DNA of 64,000 bases, taken from assembly GCA_046761065.1 (NCBI GenBank), contig JBHIFL010000005.1, positions 1-64,000 of the forward strand. The letters run 5' to 3'. A model generated the notes under the pieces. The model was not told the origin of the DNA and made no database searches. It saw only the letters and a list, made by a program, of their open reading frames with translations. The translations under genes were made by a program, and so were the position numbers. This document shows, in pieces, positions 42,417 to 53,192 of this stretch. Source of the DNA: Candidatus Heimdallarchaeota archaeon. Lineage in GTDB: Archaea > Asgardarchaeota > Wukongarchaeia > Wukongarchaeales > JBHIFL01. How positions within the stretch are numbered: the stretch's first letter is position 1; every line of letters starts with the position of its first letter.

Positions 42417-43106
42417 CTACTTTTTCCATCCATATTTACCAATAAGAGGCACAAAGGCTACCCCACAAAGTTTTTTTTGCTCGAGTTTTCCATTTGCTTT
42501 CTTTCGAACTTCGACAAGGGCTTGATTAAACCGTTTTCCACCCATAGGTAAGACGAGACGTCCACCCACTTTCAATTGCTCAATAAGAGGATCAGGGACA
42601 TCTGGAGAAGCGGCTGTCACTAAAATCTGGTCGTAAGGAGCCTTTTCAAGATAGCCCAATGTACCATCTCCCTCCAGGACGGTAACACGATCAGTATAGC
42701 CTGTTCTTTCAAGGTTTGCACGGCCAAACTCGACAATGCGTGAGAATCGTTCAATGGTATAAACATGACCCCACTTTTCCCTCCGACATGAGAGTGGAGC
42801 GACCATCTCAGCAATGAGAGCAGCTTGATACCCACTCCCAGTTCCGATCTCCAAGATTTTCTCGCCACATGGGAATTCGGTCACTCCAGGCCAGAGCGAT
42901 TCCAATAACATCACACACATGTGAGGAGCGCTTATCGTTTGTCCCTCGAGGATCGGCAATGGGTGGTCCTCATATGCCTGTTTCCTTTGGTTTGGGAGTA
43001 CAAATTCTTCGCGAGGAACGTTTAGGAATGCTTCGAATACCTTCTGAGATTTTGCGACTTTAATTAGCTGGAAATACGAAATCAACTTCTTTTTCCTTTG
43101 TAGCAA
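42417..43106 (-). CDS. pcm: Protein-L-isoaspartate O-methyltransferase
   Basis: VPREEF, QTISAPHM, LEIGTGSGY, APYD.I.VTAA, FVPL. Confidence 0.95.
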   Translation of the reverse strand: MLQRKKKLISYFQLIKVAKSQKVFEAFLNVPREEFVLPNQRKQAYEDHPLPILEGQTISAPHMCVMLLESLWPGVTEFPCGEKILEIGTGSGYQAALIAEMVAPLSCRREKWGHVYTIERFSRIVEFGRANLERTGYTDRVTVLEGDGTLGYLEKAPYDQILVTAASPDVPDPLIEQLKVGGRLVLPMGGKRFNQALVEVRKKANGKLEQKKLCGVAFVPLIGKYGWKK

Positions 43107-43455
43107 AGCTTCCTGATCTTCTTTCTCATGTGGTTTTGTTCCTACCCTGTTCTCCTCCTATATTAGGACTTGCTTTATTGGAAACGTTAAATTGGGGACC
43201 CCTCAAGGAAGCCGCTGTTGAAAAGGCGTATTAATCCATTAAACCATGTTCTTGATAAATAAGGTTTTTGTGATCCTCAAGATTACCTTGATATCTGAGG
43301 GCATACATTTCCCCTCGCCTCCTCCGCTATCTTGCCAATATGTTTACGACTTTAAGACTCTTATTTCTTATTTAAATGGGTTTAAACGGAGATTTTGGAT
43401 TGTTGCTTATATAGGCCTATTCTTGAGACTGATTCTATTACACTTAGGTAAAAGC

Positions 43456-44478
43456 TTAAGCAAACCACGAATCTAAACTTACCTGCCCAAGGGCCTTTTC
43501 AGCTCGGTTCAAGGCTTTTTCTACTCTTTCTTGGGAAAACGTATGTTCTACGACTAAAAACTCCATAACCTGATCGTGATCAGGCTTTGACCATTTGAGG
43601 GAGTAATGAGGAGTAACATGTTTCTCAATATCCTGGAAAATCGCCCTGATCTCTTCGAATGGTATTTTAACCTCAAATCCACCAGCTTGTAGAGCTTGTT
43701 CGAGGTTCTCATATTTTTTAATGGCTTTCAAGGCCGTTTTTGGCCCCACGCCTTTCACCCCGGGGTGATAATCTGTTCCGACGAGGATACCAATGTCAAT
43801 AAGTTGCTCTGGAGTCACTTCGAGTGTTTGAAGAACATCAGTCAATTCAATGACTTCGGGCTTCACTTCTACGTATTCCGCTCTACGGGGGAGTTTCCGG
43901 CGTCCTGTGATCGTTAAATTCCGAACCATTCTAGGAGCGCCAAAAAGCAGAGCATCAAAATCTTGGCTACCAGCAGCCCAAACATCCCCCTTTTTCGCCA
44001 TATATGCTGCCTGTGCTTCCCCCTCACCTTTAGCTTGCACCCACGGTATATTCATGGCAGTTAGCAACAGTTTAGCATCCTGAACAATGGGTTGATCCAC
44101 CTTTGCTGCCGCTTGGGCATATACTCGTGCATCTTCGAGCCGTCCTTCTGCTAGAGCAAGTTCCCATTGTTCCTTTGCCTCTGCTCGGTGTTCACCACGC
44201 TCTCGAAGGGTTTCCGCCTTTAATTTTGGGGGTTGGCCATCAAAGACGTAAACAGGGCGGAGCCCTTCTTCGATCAGATTAATGGTGCGATAGAAAAGCC
44301 CCGCCAAGTGACTTGTAACCCGACCTTGATGGTCTTTGAGTGGTTGCCCATCGACACCTCGAATAATCGAAAGAAACTGATATAATGAGATGAGGGCATC
44401 GATTGCAATCTTCTTTCCACTTAGTTGCTTTAGCTCCATCACCCTTGGAGAAATAAGATCTCCAATCTTAACACCCAT
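43456..44478 (-). CDS. fen: Flap endonuclease 1
   Basis: MGV, YQFLS.IR..DG.PL, VFDG, EGEAQA, SQDFD, GTDY, C-terminal PIP box QVSLDSWF. Confidence 0.97.
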   Translation of the reverse strand: MGVKIGDLISPRVMELKQLSGKKIAIDALISLYQFLSIIRGVDGQPLKDHQGRVTSHLAGLFYRTINLIEEGLRPVYVFDGQPPKLKAETLRERGEHRAEAKEQWELALAEGRLEDARVYAQAAAKVDQPIVQDAKLLLTAMNIPWVQAKGEGEAQAAYMAKKGDVWAAGSQDFDALLFGAPRMVRNLTITGRRKLPRRAEYVEVKPEVIELTDVLQTLEVTPEQLIDIGILVGTDYHPGVKGVGPKTALKAIKKYENLEQALQAGGFEVKIPFEEIRAIFQDIEKHVTPHYSLKWSKPDHDQVMEFLVVEHTFSQERVEKALNRAEKALGQVSLDSWFA

Positions 44479-44609
44479 TTTTTCCACACCCTTTTTGGGG
44501 AGGACACCTCTTTTTAAGCCATCTATAAGAATTATTTGCAAAAAATATTTGTCGTTATTGATTTAGGTGATCTTGTACCAAGTTTAAATTATAAAAAAAT
44601 GAAAGAAAC

Positions 44610-44744
44610 TGGTGCGGTCGCCGGGAATTTCAGAAGGAACTGCTTTTTCCATTCTTTCGAACCCGGGTTGCCGGCGTTCTTCAGAGACGGGAGCTCCGTT
44701 CTCTCTGGCAGGCCGATGTCCTATCCAGACTAGACTACGACCGC
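44610..44744 (-). tRNA. tRNA-Gly(GCC) with two introns: 37/38 (44677-44705), 59/60 (44627-44655)
   Basis: GCGGTCG/CGACCGC + ACCA; TCGGC-CTGCCAC-GCCGG; CCGGG-TTCGAAT-CCCGG after splicing. Confidence 0.92.
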
Positions 44745-45041
44745 ACCCTTCATGTACTTGCCTGTTACTCTCACTCCGTATTAATTTTTTTCTATGAGCT
44801 ATCCCACATGCGCGCCTAGGGTTTTCTGTGAGTGCAATCCATTGAGAATTCTTGGTTGTTGTATCATCTACATAAATGAGAAGAGCCCAGCCACAATGGT
44901 GTTTTCTTTTCTTTTACCATTATGTATTAGTACACTCATTCAACATTAAATTAGTTCCCTAGAAGCCAATCAATACTATCAACACGTATTTTCCCATTAC
45001 TGAAGCTCGAGTATTGCCCGCTTCCATATTTAGACTGTTTT

Positions 45042-45731
45042 TTATTGTTTTTGTTTCACTTCTCGTTCGATTCGAAGTTCCCGGAGGAAACGATATAATT
45101 CCCCCAACTTCCGGAAAGTTATTGCGACGTAAAAGAAGGGGAAGGATATTAGAAAGATGAGTGGTGCCCAAAGACCGAGGGGATTGAGGACCCATGCAAT
45201 GGCCATTTCGAGAAAGAGGAATCCGAATACCCAGATTATAGGAAATCCGAATACCCATTTGCGACGACTCTGCGTTGTTTTTAAGTAGCTGGCATACTCA
45301 ATTTTAAGCCCTAGTTCACCGGGGGAGTACCGATAAAAGCCCTCGAATTGTACTCTTGCAATGCGGCCGCCAAGATACCGGCCGAGAGGATACACGCCAT
45401 ATAATGCAAAGATGCTTAGGAAGAAAAGGATGGCATTCAGTAACAAGATGTGAAATTCTAGAGACAAAAGAACCCAGATGAATGCTACATATGAGAAGAG
45501 AGCAATGAGAAAAAAGATGAGAAGTCCTTTACTAACACCCATAATCACTGGTTGACGAAAAAGGCGGTTCCGGATTTCAGTGGCCTTATCAATTTCCGCA
45601 ATAGTCACTTCAGAAGGGGCTCGCCGTTTCATTTTTCCGACGATTCGCCAGAAGGCGTGTCGAACTTGTTTTGAATCCCCTTCAACTTCTAACCGGTTCT
45701 CAATTTGCAACAAGTCATCGAGGATTGACAT
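45042..45731 (-). CDS. Hypothetical membrane protein
   Basis: 229 aa, about four hydrophobic segments. Confidence 0.7.
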   Translation of the reverse strand: MSILDDLLQIENRLEVEGDSKQVRHAFWRIVGKMKRRAPSEVTIAEIDKATEIRNRLFRQPVIMGVSKGLLIFFLIALFSYVAFIWVLLSLEFHILLLNAILFFLSIFALYGVYPLGRYLGGRIARVQFEGFYRYSPGELGLKIEYASYLKTTQSRRKWVFGFPIIWVFGFLFLEMAIAWVLNPLGLWAPLIFLISFPFFYVAITFRKLGELYRFLRELRIEREVKQKQ

Positions 45732-45841
45732 TCTCGGGGAACTCCGCTGAATGGGGTATTTCAGGACTGTTATTTCAGAGTGTAATTAATTTTGATATTT
45801 AGTATTATGAACCCATCGGCCTTCTCGTGATCCAAGATGTA

Positions 45842-46249
45842 TTATCGTTCTTCTCCCTGTTTTCTAGGTGGAGTTCGTTCTCTAGTCAAATACTCATGAT
45901 ACTTGTCGGCTCGCCCAATCGATTCGGGAATCGGATATTTTCCCTCATTTTCTTTGAGTTTAGCTATTACTTGGGCGCCCAAATCGATTTCTAGTTTGTT
46001 TGCAAAACTGATCACATAGATGACAATATCTGCTAATTCTTCGCTGATTTTCTGCATTAATTTTGGCGCGTTCCGCAAATCACAGGGAGCGGGATCTATC
46101 CATTGGAAGAGTTCAAGCAGTTCCGTCACTTCTAGCATGATTGAAATAGCAAGATTTTTGCACGAGTGAAATTGATCCCAGTCGCGTTCTTCAATAAACG
46201 TTACAATACGCTCTCTAAGATAGTTTAAATTAGTCGATTGGGGAGGCAT
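45842..46249 (-). CDS. MazG-like nucleotide pyrophosphohydrolase
   Basis: ERDW.QFH..KNLA....EV.EL.E.FQW, EELAD. Confidence 0.9.
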   Translation of the reverse strand: MPPQSTNLNYLRERIVTFIEERDWDQFHSCKNLAISIMLEVTELLELFQWIDPAPCDLRNAPKLMQKISEELADIVIYVISFANKLEIDLGAQVIAKLKENEGKYPIPESIGRADKYHEYLTRERTPPRKQGEER

Positions 46250-46317
46250 GAGTGTAGTAGTGGTATATGATAGGAAAAAGTTTGTGCCTCATCAGATTTT
46301 TCCAAGGAATCAAAGAA

Positions 46318-47145
46318 TTACACATTAATTTCCATTCCATCGTAAGCAAACTTTATGTGTAGGTTACTATATTGCATTTCCAGTTGCTTATAGTCATGAT
46401 AGCTTCGCTGATAAACCTCTTCTAACCCAATTAATATGGTCTGTTTAGGTCGTAGTCGTGTCACTCGTTCAAGCGTTTCTTCAAACTGTATCTCTTGGCT
46501 CCAGAATTCAGGCTTGTTAACTAAAACATTACCTAGTGGATCGTTAGGAAACCAGCCACACTCGTGTATCAGAAGATCTAAATTCGGTAATGTTTCTTCT
46601 TGGAGGAGTTTCACATCACATGGGGCGAATAAGACAGTTTTCCCCGCATATTCGAAGAGAAACCCGCCAATATCTTCGCGTTCTTTTGGTATAAAAGTAA
46701 CCTACCAGTTCTTAATTTTGGTAGGGGTAGTACTCGTTATCTGATGCACTCTTACCCCTTGAACTTCTTGAAAGTGGTGTAGGGCTCCAAAAATGTCAAG
46801 TAGTTTCTGATAAGCAAGCTTAGAGATGTAGAGATCTATGTATTTCTTAATCCGAAACTGGTTCCAATTGTAATAGGCTTGTAAAACGCGTCTTAAACCG
46901 AAGGTGTGGTCAGGATGCCAATGTGGAAGAAAGATGTAATCAACATCTCGAATTTCCCATCTCGTCAAAGAATCGGAGATGTCTTCTGGTGTTTCAAGGA
47001 GCGCTTTAAGATCCTCTATATAAACCGTTAGGGCATTGCGGGAATAAGGGGTTCCTTTTTTCAATGCTTCCTGACAAATTCTACATTGGCAAAATGGACG
47101 GGGGATTTTTGTTCCCCCACCAGAGCCTAAAATGACAATTTTCAT
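46318..47145 (-). pseudogene. PhnP-like metallo-beta-lactamase-fold hydrolase with one in-frame TAG at 46702-46704
   Basis: LGSGG...P.P.C.C..C, HWHPDH; both ORF parts share one frame. Confidence 0.8.
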
Positions 47146-47286
47146 TGTAGTGACGTACCTGATATTGTTAATAGGTAATCTCCCTCGCTTCACTATTTTG
47201 ATTTGCTAAAATCAGGGTTAAAAATTCTCATCAGTAGTGCTTTAACCATCTGTAACTGGAACTTTAAAATCGTGCTCTGTGTGATT

Positions 47287-48054
47287 TTAATAATGGAAGT
47301 GATCAATTTCTTCTTGGATAGCTTGCTTCACGTCTTCCTCAGAAGCTGGACCAAGTAATTTGATTTTTCCATTGATTAGAGGATCTATGGTTCCGTATCT
47401 CCGCACCGTTTCAAGAGTTGCCTCAACCTCAACTAGTTTAACCTTGTTCCCAAAGCTCTGAGCAACCTTCTTGATTAAGTGATACATATAGGCTCCCACT
47501 GGACAGAAAAAGTTGTTAAACAAGGTTACTTCAACCTGCTCTTTTGCAGGTGAATAATTCAAATCCACCAGCTTAACGTCAATGCTTTCCTTTGTGAGTG
47601 GAAAATACATGAGTTTGAAGGAGTTGTGTTCTTTGATGATGTGGAATCCCTGTTTCAGAAAGTGCTCATAATACATGTATTCATTGAAATCGGTTGCGGC
47701 AACGATTATTCCTTTAAATCCCTGCGTTTTAAGATCCTCTTTCACATAGTCAAACATCATTTTGCCATAGCCTTTGTTCATGAAATCACGTAACATCTCG
47801 GTGCAGTAAATGCAAGCGATGTGTGACTCCATTTCATAGGGAAGTAGTGCCTTTTCTGATGGCGCATAATAAATATGCCCCACAACATTGTCTTCATCTA
47901 GTAAATGATAGCCTTCAACAAATTTTCCCATGTTTGTTTTGAACCATTCCTTGGACTCTGGTAAAGCTTCAGCCCAGGAAACACCCTGAGGTACCTCGCT
48001 CATACAACAATAGGTTGTTTTTACATCGGCTTCGGTTACTTTTTTGACTTGCAT
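47287..48054 (-). CDS. GNAT-family acetyltransferase
   Basis: VGHIYY.P, NKGYGK.M, FLKQGF; C-terminal FCP domain. Confidence 0.75.
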   Translation of the reverse strand: MQVKKVTEADVKTTYCCMSEVPQGVSWAEALPESKEWFKTNMGKFVEGYHLLDEDNVVGHIYYAPSEKALLPYEMESHIACIYCTEMLRDFMNKGYGKMMFDYVKEDLKTQGFKGIIVAATDFNEYMYYEHFLKQGFHIIKEHNSFKLMYFPLTKESIDVKLVDLNYSPAKEQVEVTLFNNFFCPVGAYMYHLIKKVAQSFGNKVKLVEVEATLETVRRYGTIDPLINGKIKLLGPASEEDVKQAIQEEIDHFHY

Positions 48055-48593
48055 GCAAATTCATCACTTGTGGAATAGAAAAAAGTTTGGGATGCCCCAT
48101 ATCAAAAAATCATCCATCTGGTTTTCCGATTCCGCCTTTTTGCTAAAAAGAATTCACCTGAAATCGGACCTTGGGCGGCTTCATGCAATTGAAGATCGTT
48201 TCAAGGGTTGTCCAAATGATTCGCTAAGCATTGAGACAATATCTGAGAGGGGGCAAATGGAGCCTTCATTCCGGGCTTTTCCTCCAAAATGGGGGTTCCT
48301 CGCAGCCATGGTATTGATGATGTTGTGAAAGCATCAGAGGAAGCCACGGGCTAAAATATTACAGAATAAGGCCTTCCTGGTAAGTGGCGGCGTCCCACTT
48401 AAAAAATGGACGAAAAAAGTGTCACAGGAGGTAATCGGCACATAGGTCATCTATCCTGTAACTGAAGAGGGATACTTCTCGATTCAGTCTGATCCTAAAC
48501 CCATGCTCCATTTGGCATGAAATTCCTGAATTCCAACTGTTTCCAGCCTTACAAGAGATTTGCTCCGGTATTTTCAAAGGGTGGCGAATTTTT

Positions 48594-48791
48594 TCATTTA
48601 TCTTTATACCTAAAAACCGCTTTCTTGCCATTTCGAAGTACTCGAGTATATCCGTCAATATGCTTTTTGTTCCGCTGGTTTTCTTCAGCACTCAATTCCT
48701 CCCATTCTGGATTTCTTCCATAGTATCTGTAGGTCTTTGATTTATCATCCACTTCATATAACGCTTTGTCAATTTTGAGTATTTTGCCCAT
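48594..48791 (-). CDS. Small hypothetical protein
   Basis: 65-aa ORF with GGAG upstream. Confidence 0.55.
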   Translation of the reverse strand: MGKILKIDKALYEVDDKSKTYRYYGRNPEWEELSAEENQRNKKHIDGYTRVLRNGKKAVFRYKDK

Positions 48792-48984
48792 TTCGTTCTT
48801 ACCTCTATACTCCCCTTTTGTTAAACCGGGGTGGCACGGCTTTCGGAAAGTCCAGACTATTTTCTGTTTGCTATTATTTAACTTTAACCAGCAAAAAGGC
48901 CCCCACATTCGGGAGGGAGAGACTGAAAAAATCAACTAAACCCTTTAGAACAGCGGAGGAGTCCACCGAGTCTTTTTTCCGACT

Positions 48985-49281
48985 TCATCCCACACTGGTG
49001 CTGACAGTTTCAAGTAAGAGGATTGTCTCATAGAGTCTTCGTTCTAAGTCCACTCCAAGCATCCCCGCAAGAGCTAATAGGTTAATGAGAGATTCCACGA
49101 GCTCCTCTTCAATCCGTTCTCTCTGACACGCCATATAAGCTTGCCTACTTAAGTTTGTTGAAAAGTTGTTCACGAATTCGGCCTTTATCATATCTTCGCA
49201 TGCATCTGAGCTGTTAGCTAACTTATAGATCAAATCTGACACCCGTGCCTGAATTTCAGATAGGGTTAGTGCAAGGTCCAT
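48985..49281 (-). CDS. Degenerate MazG-like helical protein
   Basis: TLSEIQ ... IEEELVE.LI.LL.LA.MLGVDLE. Confidence 0.55.
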   Translation of the reverse strand: MDLALTLSEIQARVSDLIYKLANSSDACEDMIKAEFVNNFSTNLSRQAYMACQRERIEEELVESLINLLALAGMLGVDLERRLYETILLLETVSTSVG

Positions 49282-49508
49282 TATGATGTCCCTCTTTCTT
49301 TTCCTGTTAGATACCAAACCAGCGCGGCACCGATTTGTTGACAATCTAAGAGGTTTCGTTCCTTTAGAACAGAGGCATTCGCAACAATTCGGCTGCGATA
49401 TGTCCCTACCGCCTGTGCAATCTGGGTCGTTGTCAATCCCAGTTTTCCTTCCCCTCTAGCTGACCGCAAGGCTTTGAGGATTTGTTCTTGTACCTCACTG
49501 GAGATCAT
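49281..49508 (-). CDS. Small winged-helix DNA-binding protein
   Basis: IL.AL...GLTTTQIAQAVG..R..I....VL....L....IGAA.VW; TAATG overlap with the next gene. Confidence 0.7.
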   Translation of the reverse strand: MISSEVQEQILKALRSARGEGKLGLTTTQIAQAVGTYRSRIVANASVLKERNLLDCQQIGAALVWYLTGKERGTS

Positions 49509-50152
49509 TTTCATCCACGCCCTTCGATGCCGCCCTAACGCGCTACCATTCCAATTGATAGAGGACATCTTGAGGTATTTAATATTGATTACTATTTCGA
49601 TATAGTTTCTGATATTATTATCGTTATTGTAAACGACATTATTCAGGTATTCCCTCCAAAATGTGTAACTTCGTTCCATTGGAAACAAGGGGGTCTCTAG
49701 GTCAAGGTTAACATCCAAAAGAGAGAGTCCGACCATAATCTCCTTGGATTGAATCCAACTGACTTCGTTAGCTGTAATCACCCAGCCGGCAACAGCTTTC
49801 TATTATCGAATATTTTTGATTGAAATTACCACGGATCGCTGTGTTACTACTAAATACGGCATATTTGGAACATTAGAATCAGTAGAACTATTAAAAATGA
49901 CAGAGAGCGCGTCATAAGTGAAAATAATAGAAAATTATTACCTTTTAGAAAAAACTCATTGAATTATCAGATTTTTCTGACTTCAATGAGGAGATTATCA
50001 TCAAACATTCAAATTTACTAATATTCCTAAGGAATATTGGAATAACAAATTTTCACTAATTATAAAATTAAATACGATAACTGCTGATATTGATACACGA
50101 TCAAACTCATCATTCATATAGAAGTGAGATTTATAAACAAGAGGTTCATTTT

Positions 50153-50839
50153 ATGGCCAAATCGAAAAATATCGATGCTGTGATTAAGGCATGGAGTGCC
50201 ATAACCAAGGGTGTACCGCAAGAGGCCCTTGACCTTGAAGTCCGGCTCCAAGCTCTGACCGTGCGGTTGCTGGCACAGGGTAAGCCGGTCTCAGCTGAAC
50301 AACTGGCGGAAAACTGGGGATTCCCACTGGGAGAAGTACATCGCATCCTGAAACAGGCAGAGGCGAGAATAGAGGTTGACAAGAATGGTCACCTAATTGG
50401 AGCCGGTGGTTTGAGTATCCCGCCTACCCAGCACTGCTTTCGGGTTAACAGTAAAACACTCTATGCTTGGTGCGCTTTGGATGCGATTTTCTTGCCAGCC
50501 TTTTTAGGGAAGACCGCTGAGATCGAGTCAACCGACCCAGTCAACAATGAAACCATTCGGCTTACCATCACACCCCATGGCAGTATTTCTATGTCCCCTG
50601 ATGACGTAGTGTTGTCGATTGCCACTCCAGGGGTCTCTTGCACATACGATCGAGTTGGGCGGGATAGCGAGGTGTGTAGCCAGATGCACTTCTTTAGTTC
50701 GCCTGCATCGGCGGAGGTTTGGCTGAAGAAGCATCCCGGTACCTTGGTGCTGACGGTGGAGGAAGCATATCAGGTCGCATATAATCTCTGGCTCGTCCGC
50801 CTGCCTGAAGAGCTGAAGTACCCGAAGGGCCAATCTTGA
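50153..50839 (+). CDS. merB: Alkylmercury lyase MerB family
   Basis: GLS..PT.H, YAWCALD, C..MHFF. Confidence 0.85.
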   Translation: MAKSKNIDAVIKAWSAITKGVPQEALDLEVRLQALTVRLLAQGKPVSAEQLAENWGFPLGEVHRILKQAEARIEVDKNGHLIGAGGLSIPPTQHCFRVNSKTLYAWCALDAIFLPAFLGKTAEIESTDPVNNETIRLTITPHGSISMSPDDVVLSIATPGVSCTYDRVGRDSEVCSQMHFFSSPASAEVWLKKHPGTLVLTVEEAYQVAYNLWLVRLPEELKYPKGQS

Positions 50840-51175
50840 AGGACACTAGGTCCATGCGGCACACGATTAGGTCTAAGGATAGCCTAACTATTCTCAATTA
50901 ATCAATGTAGTATATCCTTTAGCAATCCGACTGTGATACCATTTTTCGTCAAGCCATCTCCACTCATCGACTCAAGAGTGGATATACAATTCGTGATAAG
51001 TCACACGATTTCTCATAGCACATAATGCGTTTCAGAAGCCCCATATCTTTTTTTTACCTCTATGGGCCAATTTACTATTTGGTTGATTTATTTCAAAATT
51101 TTCTCTCCCTAATTGATTCCATCATCTGTAGCATTAAGTTATTAAAATAGAGACCTTTCAGTTGACATGGTCGGT

Positions 51176-51544
51176 TCATCTGTCTTTTACTAATTTTTCA
51201 GCTAGTCCAGGTAAGATGATATAGCAACAGAATAAAATAATGCTCAACACATATAGGAACTCACCGATGAGACTTCCAGTAACAATAAAGATTGCATACG
51301 CGCCTAAAATTGCTATTAGAGCCGTATAAAAGGTGATCTCCGACACTAGATGCATTCGTGTATTCGCAAGTTTTATCCCAGAAAAGTAACGTTGGAGTAC
51401 GACCAAAAAAACCATTATAATGATTACGGGGACCCATAAAAACATAGGGGGATTGGGTAAGAGAAGGCTAAGCACAATAATGGTCAAAAGGGCTATACCT
51501 ATGAACATGTATGTTCGAGGTTCCATTGAGATTCGATGTTCCAT
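51176..51544 (-). CDS. Small membrane protein
   Basis: Four hydrophobic segments. Confidence 0.6.
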   Translation of the reverse strand: MEHRISMEPRTYMFIGIALLTIIVLSLLLPNPPMFLWVPVIIIMVFLVVLQRYFSGIKLANTRMHLVSEITFYTALIAILGAYAIFIVTGSLIGEFLYVLSIILFCCYIILPGLAEKLVKDR

Positions 51545-51588
51545 ACTTGACCCCTTGTTTGTTCAAAGATTGGAAAAATCAAGGAAAA

Positions 51589-51737
51589 TGGTGGGCGGGC
51601 CCGGATTGCCAGAAATTTGCGCAATGCAAACTTCTTTTGAACCGGGGACCTCCTCCGTGTCCCGGGAGAGCATCGTGGATCTGTCACGGTATTTCTCCAG
51701 TCAGGGAGGCGTCATAACCGGGCTAGACCACCCGCCC
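51589..51737 (-). tRNA. tRNA-Val(GAC) with two introns: 36/37 (51659-51699), 59/60 (51606-51635)
   Basis: GGGCGGG/CCCGCCC + ACCA; CCTCC-CTGACAC-GGAGG; CCCGG-TTCAAAT-CCGGG after splicing. Confidence 0.9.
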
Positions 51738-52079
51738 AGCTAGAGTGAAACTTAATATGCTCTATCAAAGAGCATCGAGGATCTGTTGTGGTAGGTGACA
51801 ACAACTAGGCAAACCCTAGAAGAGGACTTATATAATTTGGTTTTTGCATTTGGCACGCCGAATATAAGAATGGATGAGATATAGGCTAGCGAAGAGTCAT
51901 ACACACCCAGATCGGTTCTGTGGAGGTTCTAAGTTTGACCTCCTCAAAAGGAAGGATCCAGGCCGTAGAGTGTATGAATCGACCTTAAGTAAGATTAATT
52001 CGATTTTAAGCAAGACAATAAATGTAATTAAATTGGATAGAGTACAAGGTGTTAGAATCGACTCAAGAAGAGTGTTTCT

Positions 52080-52853
52080 ATGACTGAGCCTTCTTACAAG
52101 ATAATTGATGTTAATGAGTCTAATCTCGATGAATATGACCTTTTTTGTCATAAATCGAAAAAGAACACCAAGGGATATCAATCCAAAGTAAGATGGGTAA
52201 AAAATCGGTTTAAAGAGGATTTACGCATAAAATTGCTTATGATACGCGAAAGAAAGGGGTTCACATCAAGGGGTTTTATTGAGTACATTCCGGGAGAATA
52301 CACATGGCGTGGAATTGATGCGAAAGGCTACATGGTGATTCATTGTATATGGGTTGTTGATAGAAACAAAAGAAAGGGTTATGGGACGAAATTATTGGAA
52401 CACTGTTTAAATGATGCCAAGGGCATGCTTGGTGTAGCTGTTGTAACATCGAAAAAAACCTGGTTACCAAAGGACAAGCTATTCGTGAAGCAGGGATTTG
52501 AAAAAGCAGATACATTATCTTATTTTGATCTGTATGTAAAACGATTTTCGAGCACTACTCCGCTCCCACAATTTTATCACGTTTCACAAGAACAGCTAAA
52601 ACGGTATGAGAACGGATTAACAATTTTTAAATCAGGTCAATGCCCATATGAAAGTAACATGGTAAAAGCTGTTTGTGAAACTGCTAACCAATTGAATATT
52701 CCTGTACAAATAGAACACATCGAAAGCGGTTTAGACGCACAAACCGGAGTCCATCCTTACGGCACATTTTGTGTGCTATTGAATGGAAAGGAACTGACGT
52801 ATCATTCTGAATCCAGGAAAACTATAGCCCAATTACTCGAAAAACATAGGTGA
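52080..52853 (+). CDS. GNAT acetyltransferase (YoaP-like)
   Basis: GFIEYIPGE..WR, IHCIWV, KGYG, QCPY. Confidence 0.88.
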   Translation: MTEPSYKIIDVNESNLDEYDLFCHKSKKNTKGYQSKVRWVKNRFKEDLRIKLLMIRERKGFTSRGFIEYIPGEYTWRGIDAKGYMVIHCIWVVDRNKRKGYGTKLLEHCLNDAKGMLGVAVVTSKKTWLPKDKLFVKQGFEKADTLSYFDLYVKRFSSTTPLPQFYHVSQEQLKRYENGLTIFKSGQCPYESNMVKAVCETANQLNIPVQIEHIESGLDAQTGVHPYGTFCVLLNGKELTYHSESRKTIAQLLEKHR

Positions 52854-52914
52854 ACTACCCCGCTCTGTCGGTCGGAGCTTTGGGCGAAGGGTGTTGTCCC
52901 ACGACGGTTGGCAG
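52850..52914 (-). mobile_element. Isolated IS605-type right end (same family as 31626)
   Basis: CTGCC.AC.GT.GT.GG...CCTTCGC.C.AAGCTCCG.CCG.CAG..CGGGGTAGTTCAC shared; supplies the GNAT stop codon. Confidence 0.8.
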
Positions 52915-53023
52915 CCATTTAAACTCCTTGGAGGCAATTTATCTCTCTGCTGTTGCAGGGAGTCTTCTCGCCATTTTCAGATAAAATTCACTGAAAGTTA
53001 CAGAAATACTAGGGTTCATGGGA

Positions 53024-53160
53024 TGGTGGACCGGCCGGGATTTTCGGAAGGAAAAATAAAGTCTTTCTTTCACTTGAACCCGGGGCATAAGGCCTTCAAT
53101 CGAGATGAGATGAGGTCTCCTCGGTGCGAGCGAGGCGATCTACCACTGATCTACCGGCCC
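53024..53160 (-). tRNA. tRNA-Ala(CGC) with two introns: 45/46 (53087-53116), 59/60 (53041-53072)
   Basis: GGGCCGG/CCGGTCC (G3:U70) + ACCA; CCTCG-CTCGCAC-CGAGG; BHB-like motifs. Confidence 0.92.
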
Positions 53161-53192
53161 TCCTACATGTTTTGGATCTAGAAGAAACGGAG

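Noticed and set aside
9322-46704. TAG recoding (pyrrolysine) suggested by single in-frame TAGs in AbiEii and the PhnP-like gene
   Set aside because: TAG is a true stop for actin and several other genes here, other pseudogenes carry TAA or frameshifts, and no pyl genes are in the window; simple nonsense mutation is more parsimonious
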